Origin: a virus
DNA: 64,000 bases
IMG/VR virus record: IMGVR_UViG_3300044733_004754
Reading direction: 5' to 3' (one strand)
Part shown: piece by piece, positions 18,843 through 27,908 of the stretch
Layout: every line of letters starts with the position of its first letter
How positions within the stretch are numbered: position 1 is the stretch's first letter
Notes under the pieces: generated by a model
What the model saw: only the letters and a program-made list of their open reading frames with translations
What the model was told of the DNA's origin: nothing
The model's database searches: none
Translations under genes and position numbers: made by a program

Positions 18843-19507
18843 TAATTAGCCAGAGGATTGTCTAACGCTTTTTTAATCTTATCATCTACTTCACGGCGTA
18901 TCGTTCTTAATTCCGCATTTGTTTCACGCTCAATACGATTGACACGCTCATTAACATTTTGTACCGTAGAGTCAACTTGCTTTTGCATTTCTCTTACTTG
19001 TGAATCAGCACTGCGGCGAATCTCTTTTATTTCTGCTTCAGTACCAAGTCTAATTTCTTTTATTTCACTGTCAATCTGTCTTCTAATTTGGTTTATATCT
19101 TTTTCAACTTCACGTTGAGCAACTTTCGATCCGCGTTCAACGCCTTCTAAAACTTGTTCGGTTCGACGAATATCGCCTTTGAGATTCGTGTTCACATCAC
19201 GGGTGTATCCCAACATCTTTTCGTTATCTGCTTCTAATTTTATAATTCTTGCTTCATACTCACTGAAATCTGGTGCAACATAATTTGCAATTTTCTTCTT
19301 CATGCCCTCATAATCTTTATACGCTTCGAATACACCATACATACCACCAATCACAGAAGAAACAATACCAAATGCAATCATTAACTTCGCTGGTGTGAAG
19401 CTATAACCACCAATGCTAATAACAGTATCTTTACTAGCATATTGCTTCATTGCATCCTGAAGTTGATCGACTTTTTTATCGACGTTCTTATCTTCTGTAC
19501 TGCTCAT
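18842..19507 (-). CDS. Membrane-anchored coiled-coil protein
   Basis: TM LMIAFGIVSSVIGGMYGVF followed by long 11-residue-periodic E/I/R coiled coil. Confidence 0.75.
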   Translation of the reverse strand: MSSTEDKNVDKKVDQLQDAMKQYASKDTVISIGGYSFTPAKLMIAFGIVSSVIGGMYGVFEAYKDYEGMKKKIANYVAPDFSEYEARIIKLEADNEKMLGYTRDVNTNLKGDIRRTEQVLEGVERGSKVAQREVEKDINQIRRQIDSEIKEIRLGTEAEIKEIRRSADSQVREMQKQVDSTVQNVNERVNRIERETNAELRTIRREVDDKIKKALDNPLAN

Positions 19508-20948
19508 CTACCATCTCCTTATGGATTCTATCCGACCTTTGATTGAGTTGTCGTAATGCTCTTGCGTTATCTGCAATTGTTGCACGTTTATAAATATCTT
19601 CTGCTTTGTAGAAAGGCATATCAGGTAATTTAGCCTGCTCGTACGCACTAAAACCAGGAACGGTAGACAATGAAGCCATTACAGCATCTTGCGGATCTTG
19701 TTGAGCGTTTCTTTGGGAAGATTGTTGACTTCTCTGTTGATCACCCGCGCGTCGTTGTTGTTCTCTTATTTGTTGCCTTTGTTGTTGGGGTGACTGTGGC
19801 GAAACATTACGACTTGTTATATCAGTTCCTAGTTGCTGAGATTGTTGGTTAGAACTAAGAGCTTGATTAACAATTGGATCACTTGTTACTTGTGGTGTAG
19901 TTAATAACTTTGCAACATCTTCATTACCTACTGAAGGCACAGGAAGTGATGTTGTTGTAGATACCGCGGTAATCTGTTGTGTAACCGTATAACCTGGGCA
20001 CTGTGGGTTGCTTTGTGGGTTTGCAGAACATGCATCAGCAATTTGTTTCTTTCTAAAAGCGTCGGCATATCCTGGGCAACCAGAATTGTAGAGCGGATTT
20101 AACGAACACTGTTGGTTGAAAAATGCTTGTTGATAAAGAGTGCATGCCTGAGAAAAAAGGGGATTGCGCGCGCACTGTTGGTTTAAATAAGCTGATTGAT
20201 ACCCAGGGCACTCAGGTGAATACAAAGGGTTCATCGAGCATTGTTGATTTCTATATGCCTGGGCATAACCTTGACAGTTAGGGCTGTATAAAGAATTGAT
20301 ACTACACTGTGATTGAAAAAATGCTTGTTGATAATTAGGGCAAGTTGTTGCATAAAGAGGATTCACTGCACACTCATCAACAACATACATTGCATTCAAT
20401 GAAATATTTCTAACTTGTGGTCCATAATAACCAGCCCAATACCTATCATCCTTTCCGCTAAAACTAACTTCAAATCTATCAACAGATTGAAGATTGAAGG
20501 GGCTCCCGTAACTTCTTTTACTACTTACAGTTTCCCATCCATTAGTCTGATTAAGAAGATAGTTGTCTCTTTGTTTACTAAACCCAAATTCATCTTTCAG
20601 ATCAACAGCGAAAGAAACGAAGCCTCTATTGAAGTCACTATTCATATACTGAAATGAATAATTGTATCCATGAAGTCTGAGATGGGTGCCTTGCAAAGCA
20701 TCTCTCAACTTAATTTCTTGACTTACTATTTGTTGAGTGTAACCAAACAAAATAGTTTGGGTTGCAGGATTATAAGCTGCGCGATTTCCCCCTGTTGTTC
20801 CTCCAGGATTATAATTACCTGTAACAGTATTCGCCCAATTGTTTTGTATTAAATTGGGTGTTGTCTGTATATTCTGAGCGTTACAGAAGAATGAGAAGAA
20901 TAGCCAAGACGCCAAGCCCAGCAGAAACTTTTTGCCAGAAACTTGCAT
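19488..20948 (-). CDS. Exported protein with Cys-rich tandem repeats and Gln-rich tail
   Basis: Signal peptide, beta-rich N domain, six CxxNPLYxxxCPGY units, poly-Q region. Confidence 0.8.
   Translation of the reverse strand: MQVSGKKFLLGLASWLFFSFFCNAQNIQTTPNLIQNNWANTVTGNYNPGGTTGGNRAAYNPATQTILFGYTQQIVSQEIKLRDALQGTHLRLHGYNYSFQYMNSDFNRGFVSFAVDLKDEFGFSKQRDNYLLNQTNGWETVSSKRSYGSPFNLQSVDRFEVSFSGKDDRYWAGYYGPQVRNISLNAMYVVDECAVNPLYATTCPNYQQAFFQSQCSINSLYSPNCQGYAQAYRNQQCSMNPLYSPECPGYQSAYLNQQCARNPLFSQACTLYQQAFFNQQCSLNPLYNSGCPGYADAFRKKQIADACSANPQSNPQCPGYTVTQQITAVSTTTSLPVPSVGNEDVAKLLTTPQVTSDPIVNQALSSNQQSQQLGTDITSRNVSPQSPQQQRQQIREQQRRAGDQQRSQQSSQRNAQQDPQDAVMASLSTVPGFSAYEQAKLPDMPFYKAEDIYKRATIADNARALRQLNQRSDRIHKEMVDEQYRR
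19988..20378 (-). repeat. Six ~22-aa (66-nt) Cys-pair repeats inside CDS
   Basis: CAVNPLYATTCPNY / CSINSLYSPNCQGY / CSMNPLYSPECPGY / CARNPLFSQACTLY / CSLNPLYNSGCPGY / CSANPQSNPQCPGY. Confidence 0.9.
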
Positions 20949-21429
20949 TTGAATTCTCGCTTAAAGGTTTTGGTTTACGTTCAGGAGAAGTTTCCCAAAC
21001 TCTTTTTGCATCTTCTCCAATCTTGCCGTCGACGGGACAGGGTGTTCCAGCATTCATCATAGCTTCGAACACTCGATCGTCTTGGCAGAGGGTAGCCACA
21101 GCAGCAACCTTCATCCCCATGTCGTATAGATTTTTGGCAAGTTTTAAACGTTCGCAGTTTAAATCACGGACCATTGTTCCACCAGAGATACCTAATATTT
21201 GAGTTTGTACAGCTCCACCGACACCGACAGTACAAAGGTCGTTGTTCAATACATTGAATGAAGGTGATATTGCTGATGCTGGTGGCGATCGAACAGTGGT
21301 ATCGTTGACACTATTACTGTTTGTAGTTACAGTGCTTGTACTTTTTGAATCTGTAACAATCACATCACTTTGTGCAAACGCTAACGAAGACATAACAAAA
21401 AGCACCAAAAGTGATAACTTTTTGAACAT
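20881..21429 (-). CDS. Exported protein with C-terminal membrane anchor
   Basis: Signal peptide, S/T-rich linker, 4 Cys, C-terminal hydrophobic segment; AAAGGA RBS. Confidence 0.8.
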   Translation of the reverse strand: MFKKLSLLVLFVMSSLAFAQSDVIVTDSKSTSTVTTNSNSVNDTTVRSPPASAISPSFNVLNNDLCTVGVGGAVQTQILGISGGTMVRDLNCERLKLAKNLYDMGMKVAAVATLCQDDRVFEAMMNAGTPCPVDGKIGEDAKRVWETSPERKPKPLSENSNASFWQKVSAGLGVLAILLILL

Positions 21430-21457
21430 GTTATATCCTTTCTAACTCTACGGCCTG

Positions 21458-21465
21458 TATTTATC
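21458..21465 (-). promoter_or_regulatory. T4-type late promoter variant GATAAATA heading the minus-strand operon
   Basis: TATTTATC on + strand, about 29 nt upstream of the 21429 start. Confidence 0.5.
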
Positions 21466-21487
21466 CAATCCATTCCTGGAGGCATGT

Positions 21488-21739
21488 ATGATTAAGTTTG
21501 AAGAAACAAAAGACGGATTCATCTTTAGTAAAGATGGTAAACACTTGGCTATTGGTATTTATGAACAAGGTAGCTTTCATTTGCTTCATGACGATAGGTT
21601 GCAGCATTTTTCAAACGCAATGACAGCATTTGTGCACCTGGGAGATATATACGAACCCCGTGATAACACTTATAAGATTCCAGATCGCTTGAAACCTGTT
21701 GACTTCTCAAGAAAACAAAAAGACAATCGGTTCGTCTAA
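21488..21739 (+). CDS. Hypothetical protein
   Basis: GGAGG RBS, 83-aa ORF. Confidence 0.65.
   Translation: MIKFEETKDGFIFSKDGKHLAIGIYEQGSFHLLHDDRLQHFSNAMTAFVHLGDIYEPRDNTYKIPDRLKPVDFSRKQKDNRFV
21699..21727 (+). promoter_or_regulatory. Sigma70-like early promoter
   Basis: TTGACT-N17-GACAAT upstream of the 21755 ORF. Confidence 0.5.
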
Positions 21740-21754
21740 ATGTAAGGAGTAACC

Positions 21755-22066
21755 ATGCCTATCTATTTGATTAATTCCATTTCCACCTTTGCAATGCAGC
21801 ATGCTATTGAAGCCGACACGCTCGAGCATGCTCTGGATGAAATGGTTATGACTGAACATGACCGCCATTTTGACGAAGTATCACAAAAATGGCTTGGCGA
21901 ACAGCTGATCGATGCTCGTGTAATCACAAAAGAAGAGCTGATTGACCATCTCCAGAAGCTAAAAGAGAATAAAGATTATATGACTTCTCATTGGATGGGC
22001 GAGAAGCTGATTCACAAAGTTAAGTACAACGGAAGAGAATCAAATGAAACTACAGATAGTAAGTGA
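21755..22066 (+). CDS. Hypothetical protein
   Basis: AAGGAG RBS, 103-aa ORF. Confidence 0.7.
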   Translation: MPIYLINSISTFAMQHAIEADTLEHALDEMVMTEHDRHFDEVSQKWLGEQLIDARVITKEELIDHLQKLKENKDYMTSHWMGEKLIHKVKYNGRESNETTDSK

Positions 22067-22814
22067 TCTTCATCTCGAGTTTGGACCTATTGAAATTCTG
22101 AATGCTGGTGATACAGATGTTCTGATCTTGTCTGGTGATATCTGCCTTGCGTCAGAGTTTGATAAAGGTATCCGATCATTCTTTCAAAAATGCTCAGAAG
22201 AATTTAAAGACGTGATTTATATTATGGGTAATCACGAGCACTACAGTGGTGATTTTGCTCTGTCCGCAACATTGCTTCGTGAAGGACTGGAGGAGTTCAC
22301 AAACATCCACTTTATGGAAAAAAACACTATCACCATTAAAGATTATACCTTTATTGGCGCTACACTTTGGACCGATATGAATAAAAACGATCCAAACACT
22401 CTATGGCATGTGGGCCGTATGATGAATGACTTTCGTACCGTGAGAAACGGTGATAAAGGAAAGCTGAATCCTACAGATGTCTACGAAGAGCATCTGTCAA
22501 CCCTGGAATACATTCGTAGTGTAGTTGATAAAGATCCGATGCAGAAATATGTTGTTGTGGGACATCATGCACCTTCAAAGCAATCCATCAAGCCACACTA
22601 TCGTGGTGATCATTTAGTAAATGGTGCATACTCTTCAGACTTGTCGGAGTTCATCTTGGATCGTCCGCAAATTAAATTGTGGACGCACGGCCATACTCAT
22701 GACAATTTTGATTACATGGTTGGAACCACTCGTGTACTTTGTAATCCTCGTGGATATTACAAATATGAAGAAAACGACAACTTTGACCCTAACATGGTCG
22801 TGGAGCTTGAATGA
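22044..22814 (+). CDS. Calcineurin-like metallophosphoesterase
   Basis: SDLHLE, GD, GNHE, HHAP, HGHTH, NPRGY. Confidence 0.9.
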   Translation: MKLQIVSDLHLEFGPIEILNAGDTDVLILSGDICLASEFDKGIRSFFQKCSEEFKDVIYIMGNHEHYSGDFALSATLLREGLEEFTNIHFMEKNTITIKDYTFIGATLWTDMNKNDPNTLWHVGRMMNDFRTVRNGDKGKLNPTDVYEEHLSTLEYIRSVVDKDPMQKYVVVGHHAPSKQSIKPHYRGDHLVNGAYSSDLSEFILDRPQIKLWTHGHTHDNFDYMVGTTRVLCNPRGYYKYEENDNFDPNMVVELE

Positions 22815-23233
22815 ATAATTGGGACACAAGGTTTCTTGACCTTGCATTTTTTGTATCACAGTGGTCAAAGGACCCATCAACCAAGGTGGGTTCTGTGATC
22901 GTTAATGAGCATAAACAAGTGCTCAGTATGGGGTACAATGGATTCCCACGTAATGTTGAAGACTCTGTTGAAAGATACGCAGACCGACGTACTAAGTACC
23001 TTTTTGTTGCTCACGCGGAACGTAATGCTCTTGATAATGCTTTTGTGGACGTCCGCGGAGCAACTCTTTATTCTACTCTTTGTCCTTGTAACGAGTGTGC
23101 AAAAAGCATAATTCAGAGAGGCATTAAGAAAGTTGTAACAACAGTACCTCCGCTAGAAAAGAAAGAAGCCCTCAACATGAACATAACATTTCAAATGTTC
23201 AAAGAGGCTGATGTAGAACTTGTATTTGAATGA
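22811..23233 (+). CDS. dCMP deaminase
   Basis: SKDPSTKVG, GYNGFP, HAERNA, PCNEC. Confidence 0.92.
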   Translation: MNNWDTRFLDLAFFVSQWSKDPSTKVGSVIVNEHKQVLSMGYNGFPRNVEDSVERYADRRTKYLFVAHAERNALDNAFVDVRGATLYSTLCPCNECAKSIIQRGIKKVVTTVPPLEKKEALNMNITFQMFKEADVELVFE

Positions 23234-23241
23234 TGGAGTAG

Positions 23242-23249
23242 TATAAATA
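23242..23249 (+). promoter_or_regulatory. T4 late promoter TATAAATA
   Basis: Exact gp55 consensus in the intergenic region before hsp20. Confidence 0.8.
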
Positions 23250-23253
23250 TATT

Positions 23254-23365
23254 CATCTCTCGGGATGGGATCAAGCAGTGTGGGGTTAAGGCTTGTAAAA
23301 TATTCCCCACACCAACGCCTTCGGGGTTGGTTTTTTATTTTAACTCGCTTAATTAAGGAGCAATT
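23254..23365 (+). promoter_or_regulatory. Structured leader or small RNA upstream of hsp20
   Basis: GTGTGGGG/CCCCACAC stem, CAAGC/GCTTG pairing, ACCAAC-GCCTTCGGG-GTTGGT plus T-run, CTCGCTTAATTAAGGAG hairpin over the SD. Confidence 0.55.
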
Positions 23366-23851
23366 ATGACATACATTAAAGATGTTTTTGGCCGCGATCT
23401 GTTCAAAGATTTTGACAAGTTTTATGTTGGATTCGATGAACAATTTAACAGAATGGCTAAGATGCACGATGATCTTACCAAGTCCATTCCAAACTACCCT
23501 CCATACAATATCAAAAAGACTGGTGACAACACATATGTTGTTGAGCTAGCTGTTGCTGGTTTTGCCCGTCAAGATATTGAAATTGAGCTAGCAGACAACA
23601 AGATGATCGTGCGTGGTAACACCGCTTCTGAAGAAGACGATAAGAACTTTATTTGGAAAGGCATTGCCAATCGTAACTTCACACGTACGTTTGCACTTGA
23701 AGATCAAATCGAGGTCAAGGATGCGGAAATGCTGAACGGCATGCTTCGTGTTTTCCTCGAGCGTATTATTCCTGACCACAAAAAGCCAAAGAAGGTTGAG
23801 GTTAAAGAAAAGGCTTCAACAAAATCACAATCACAACTACTTACAGAATAG
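23366..23851 (+). CDS. Small heat shock protein Hsp20 (IbpA-like)
   Basis: NYPPYNI, ELAVAGF, GIANRNFTRTF, NGML. Confidence 0.95.
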   Translation: MTYIKDVFGRDLFKDFDKFYVGFDEQFNRMAKMHDDLTKSIPNYPPYNIKKTGDNTYVVELAVAGFARQDIEIELADNKMIVRGNTASEEDDKNFIWKGIANRNFTRTFALEDQIEVKDAEMLNGMLRVFLERIIPDHKKPKKVEVKEKASTKSQSQLLTE

Positions 23852-23870
23852 TCCAAAAGATTAGCTGTAA

Positions 23871-23900
23871 GGATAGCCGGCCCTGCCGGCTATCTTTGTT
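23871..23900 (+). terminator. Intrinsic terminator-like hairpin after hsp20
   Basis: GATAGCCGG-CCCTG-CCGGCTATC followed by TTTGTT. Confidence 0.7.
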
Positions 23901-23919
23901 CACAAGACAAAGGATAAAA

Positions 23920-24063
23920 ATGCAGACCGTTATACAAAAACTAAAAACATGGTGGACCTCTCTCCAACAATCAGAAGCTGAGCGTTATTTGTCGCACGCC
24001 GTCGACGCTGCGGATTTAAAGGTTCGTATACAACACTTACGTGACAGGGGGATCCCAGCATGA
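23920..24063 (+). CDS. Small DUF3563-like protein (47 aa, absent from ORF track)
   Basis: AAGGA RBS; MQTVIQKLKTWWTSLQQSEAERYLSHAVDAADLKVRIQHLRDRGIPA. Confidence 0.6.
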   Translation: MQTVIQKLKTWWTSLQQSEAERYLSHAVDAADLKVRIQHLRDRGIPA

Positions 24064-24158
24064 GTAAAATCAAAACATTCCTCTCATTTATACTCGACTT
24101 CTTTCATGAAGTAGGTAAACTACGTGCTAAAACAAAGGCTCGCTATAATATGCATTGA
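24060..24158 (+). CDS. Small hypothetical peptide (32 aa)
   Basis: ATGA overlap with previous ORF; MSKIKTFLSFILDFFHEVGKLRAKTKARYNMH. Confidence 0.45.
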   Translation: MSKIKTFLSFILDFFHEVGKLRAKTKARYNMH

Positions 24159-24165
24159 CTAAATA
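24158..24165 (+). promoter_or_regulatory. Late promoter variant ACTAAATA
   Basis: TAAATA core about 25 nt upstream of the 24191 gene. Confidence 0.5.
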
Positions 24166-24190
24166 GGGTATCAACCCTTTTTTAAGTGCC

Positions 24191-24925
24191 ATGCAAACAT
24201 TCCAGCAATATAACGAAAGTCTTACAAAAGCAACACTTGAGTATCATCGTGTACTGAATCCAAAGTTTTGGGACGGTAAAGAACTAGATTCTCAAGTGCG
24301 CACTAAATTGCTTCAGATAGCTCGTGTTTGGGCCAAGTTTGCAAATATTGATAACAATAATATCGTTGATATTATTCTTACTGGTGGTAATGCAAATTAC
24401 AACTACACTCGTCAATCTGATCTTGATGTTCATTTGGTTATTGATTATGAGAAAGTGAGCTGCGAAGGTGAGCTTGTAATGGACTATTTCATGGCAAAAA
24501 AAGCTCTATGGGCGGCCAATCACTCCAATATAAAGGTGCTTGGCTACCCTGTCGAGCTGTTTGCAGAGGATAAGCGTGCGAAACATCCTCAAGGCCAAGG
24601 TGTATTCTCTTTGCTAAAGAACAAATGGATTCAAGAGCCTAAGTTTACCAAAATGAACTTTTCAAAGAATACGTTGTTACTGCAAAAAGTTGAATTTTAT
24701 ATGAAACAAATAGACACTATGGTTAAGAGTAAGAATAGTGTTGAAGCAGCCAATGAACTAAAAGATAAGATCAGATCCATGCGTGGTGCTTCAATCCAGG
24801 CAGGTGGTGAATTCTCGTTTGAGAATTTAGTATTTAAAGAGTTGCGCAATCGTGGTTATTTGGATAAACTGTCTAATTACTTGAAGAAAAATCAAGAGCG
24901 CGAGCTGTCTTTGTTTAAAAAGTGA
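24191..24925 (+). CDS. Pol-beta superfamily nucleotidyltransferase with capsid-targeting-like N-terminus
   Basis: LTGGNANYNYTRQSDLDVH (hG[GS]x9-13DhD), third acidic residue in PVELF; N-terminus MQTFQQYNE. Confidence 0.75.
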   Translation: MQTFQQYNESLTKATLEYHRVLNPKFWDGKELDSQVRTKLLQIARVWAKFANIDNNNIVDIILTGGNANYNYTRQSDLDVHLVIDYEKVSCEGELVMDYFMAKKALWAANHSNIKVLGYPVELFAEDKRAKHPQGQGVFSLLKNKWIQEPKFTKMNFSKNTLLLQKVEFYMKQIDTMVKSKNSVEAANELKDKIRSMRGASIQAGGEFSFENLVFKELRNRGYLDKLSNYLKKNQERELSLFKK

Positions 24926-24952
24926 CTTGGTACCAGCGAGGTATCCTTAATT

Positions 24953-27649
24953 ATGAAGTTCTACACACACGTTTTCAAAGCGTTTGATAAGATTTATGTT
25001 CGTGGATATGAAGATGGCGTTCGTTTTCAGGACGTTGTTGAATATGACCCATATATTTTTACCGCTTCTTTGACCGGTCGTTCAGAGTATAAGACCCTAG
25101 CAGGCAGGCCCGTAGCTAAGCTCCACCTTGGGTCGATGCGCGATGCGGCTAGCTACATCAAGAACAACAAAGACGTGGCTGGTCATGAGATGTATGGTTA
25201 TGGTCCCGAATCATATCACTACCAGTACATCAACGACGCTTTCCCAGGGGAGGTTAACTATGATCCCTCGTTGATATCTGTTGTCACGTTAGACATTGAA
25301 ACAGATTCTGAAGGTGGATTTCCGAACATCAAAGAAGCAGATAAAGCACTAACAGCTATTACGATTCGTAAGAATCAACAAGCTGTTACGTTTGGACTCT
25401 TTCCGTACACACCAGAACTTGATTATGTCACATACGTCGAGTGCCGTAGTGAACGAGACATGATCGAAAGATTTCTCGCACTGTGGAGGACAGAGGAATG
25501 GATGCCTGATGTTGTTACAGGCTGGAACGTTGAGTTCTTCGATATTCCCTACCTGATCAACCGTATCACGCGGCTATTTGATGAAAAGGTTGCAAAAAGA
25601 TTGTCGCCTTGGAATCTCTGGGAACAACGCCGTGATCCGAGCTCGGAAGACATGGCTGAGTACATGAATATTCCGGCTGGTATATCCGTCCTGGACTACA
25701 TGCAGTTGTACAAGAAGTTCTCGTTCACGAATCAAGAGTCCTTTAAACTTGACCATATTGCTTTTGTAGAGCTTGGTGAGCGTAAGTTGGATTTCAACGA
25801 ACTTGGTTTTGAGACTCTCGATGAGTTCTACAAAGGTGATTTTCGTAACTATATTAATTACAACATTCGTGACGTTGATCTTGTATACAAGCTAGATCAG
25901 AAGATGAAGTTCTTAGAGCAGGTATATGCTATTGCATACGACGGTAAGGTTAACTTCATCGACAGCTTGACCACAGTGAGTATGTGGGATGTTATCATCC
26001 ACAACTATCTGATGGAGCGTAAGATTGTGATCCCGATAAAGAGCATTGGGAACAAACCTCGTCAGATCGAAGGTGCATATGTGAAAGACCCTCAGTGTGG
26101 AATACACGATTGGGTCGTATCATTTGACTTGAACAGTCTGTATCCACACCTGATCATGCAGTACAACATCTCACCTGAAACGATGCGTGGGCAGTTAATG
26201 CAATACGATCTCAGCGTCACATCGAAGAGTGTTGATATGTTTCTTGATGGTGAGCTAGATGTTGTGCGGGATGAGCAACAACGTAATCAGCTTCGCGAAG
26301 ATATCAAAAACGCAGTCAATGGGTTTGCTCCTAATTCGTCATCATCAAAACTGACTGACTACTTTTTGAACTTTGAGACCATTCGCGAACCACTAGAGAA
26401 GCATAACCTAACTATCGCACCGACTGGTTGTGTGTTCGACAAAACAACACGAGGATTTCTGCCTACTCTCATGGAGACCATGTACAATGATCGGTCTTTG
26501 TGGAAGAAGCGAATGCTTGAGGCAAAGAAGGCGTATGAACAGACTCCTACACGAGAACTTTCAAACGAGATTGCAAGATGTCATAACATGCAGCTCGCTA
26601 AAAAGATTCAGCTGAATAGTGCTTATGGCGCCTTGTCGAATCAGTTCTTTCGTTGGTTTGATAACAGGCTTGCGGAATCAATTACAAAGTCTGGTCAGCT
26701 CTCTATTCGATGGATGGAGAAGAAGATCAATGCACAGTTAAACAAGATCCTCAGGACAGATAACGAGGACTTTGTGATTGCTATTGATACGGACTCGATG
26801 TATATCAAACTTGGTAAGTTTGTTGAGAAAACATATCCCGATCGCAATAAACCAATAACCGTTACATATATCGACAAAGTGTGTGCGGAATACTTTGAGC
26901 CTTTCATTGATAAAAGCTACCAAGAGCTTGCTGATTATGTTTCTGCATATGAGCAGAAAATGAAAATGAAACGAGAGGCCATTGCTGATAAAGGTCTTTG
27001 GACGGGAAAGAAACACTACATACTGAATGTTTATGATCTCGAGGGTGTTAGGTTTGCAGAACCTAAACTGAAAATTCAAGGTATCGAGTCTGTTCGTTCA
27101 TCGACACCTGCAACCTGTCGTGAGCATCTCAAAGCAGCATTCTCTGTTATCATGAACGAAAACGAGTCCTCTCTACAAAAGTTTATCAAAGACTATCGTA
27201 GAGTTTTCAAGACGTTGCCTTTTGAAGATATCGCTTTTCCTCGTAGCGTAAGAGGGATGTTGAAAAGTGATCAGTTTGATAAGAAGACAAAAAAGCTCAT
27301 ACAGAAATCCTATAACACAGGAACGATGAATTTCTTACTGGGCACACCGATCCACGTCAAAGGATCGTTGATGTATAACCATCTTATCCATCTCAAGAAT
27401 CTTGAAACTAAGTATATGCCTATTGGTGAAGGTGAGAAGATTAAGTTCTGTTATCTGCTTGACTCCTCACCCCTACCGACAAATGTTATCGCTGCACCAG
27501 GAAAGCTACCTAAAGAGCTTGGACTAAACAAATTCCTCGATTACGATACGCAGTTCGACAAATCATTTATGGAACCATTGCGTACAATCATGGAAGCAAT
27601 TGGATGGAAGGAAGAAAATGAACAACAAAGCCTCGATCAGTTCTTTTGA
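24953..27649 (+). CDS. gp43: Family B DNA polymerase gp43
   Basis: DIET, FDIPY, DLNSLYP, KIQLNSAYG, DTDS, KKHY. Confidence 0.97.
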   Translation: MKFYTHVFKAFDKIYVRGYEDGVRFQDVVEYDPYIFTASLTGRSEYKTLAGRPVAKLHLGSMRDAASYIKNNKDVAGHEMYGYGPESYHYQYINDAFPGEVNYDPSLISVVTLDIETDSEGGFPNIKEADKALTAITIRKNQQAVTFGLFPYTPELDYVTYVECRSERDMIERFLALWRTEEWMPDVVTGWNVEFFDIPYLINRITRLFDEKVAKRLSPWNLWEQRRDPSSEDMAEYMNIPAGISVLDYMQLYKKFSFTNQESFKLDHIAFVELGERKLDFNELGFETLDEFYKGDFRNYINYNIRDVDLVYKLDQKMKFLEQVYAIAYDGKVNFIDSLTTVSMWDVIIHNYLMERKIVIPIKSIGNKPRQIEGAYVKDPQCGIHDWVVSFDLNSLYPHLIMQYNISPETMRGQLMQYDLSVTSKSVDMFLDGELDVVRDEQQRNQLREDIKNAVNGFAPNSSSSKLTDYFLNFETIREPLEKHNLTIAPTGCVFDKTTRGFLPTLMETMYNDRSLWKKRMLEAKKAYEQTPTRELSNEIARCHNMQLAKKIQLNSAYGALSNQFFRWFDNRLAESITKSGQLSIRWMEKKINAQLNKILRTDNEDFVIAIDTDSMYIKLGKFVEKTYPDRNKPITVTYIDKVCAEYFEPFIDKSYQELADYVSAYEQKMKMKREAIADKGLWTGKKHYILNVYDLEGVRFAEPKLKIQGIESVRSSTPATCREHLKAAFSVIMNENESSLQKFIKDYRRVFKTLPFEDIAFPRSVRGMLKSDQFDKKTKKLIQKSYNTGTMNFLLGTPIHVKGSLMYNHLIHLKNLETKYMPIGEGEKIKFCYLLDSSPLPTNVIAAPGKLPKELGLNKFLDYDTQFDKSFMEPLRTIMEAIGWKEENEQQSLDQFF

Positions 27650-27908
27650 TGATGATTTTGGTTTTACCTTTGCTGATGAAAGTACAATTAGACAAGATCA
27701 CTTAATCGAAGCTGCTGCTGATCTTAACAATGAGTTGACTGACAAAATACAACAGATGTATGATGCGATAATCCCTCTGTTAAAAAACTTAAATAAGAAT
27801 CCTGAACAAGATATTATTAAGTGGCCTAACAGGCAAGAAAAGATTGCTCAGTTTAAAATGAAACTAGATCAAATAGGTGGAGATTATATTAAGGTGAAAA
27901 AACTATGA
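27618..27908 (+). CDS. Conserved T4-like hypothetical protein
   Basis: FDDDFGFTF...PLLKNLNKNPEQDIIKWPNR. Confidence 0.7.
   Translation: MNNKASISSFDDDFGFTFADESTIRQDHLIEAAADLNNELTDKIQQMYDAIIPLLKNLNKNPEQDIIKWPNRQEKIAQFKMKLDQIGGDYIKVKKL

Noticed and set aside
23254-23336. preQ1 or SAM riboswitch assignment for the hsp20 leader
   Set aside because: Pseudoknot topology is present, but I could not match the conserved ligand-binding nucleotides of those classes
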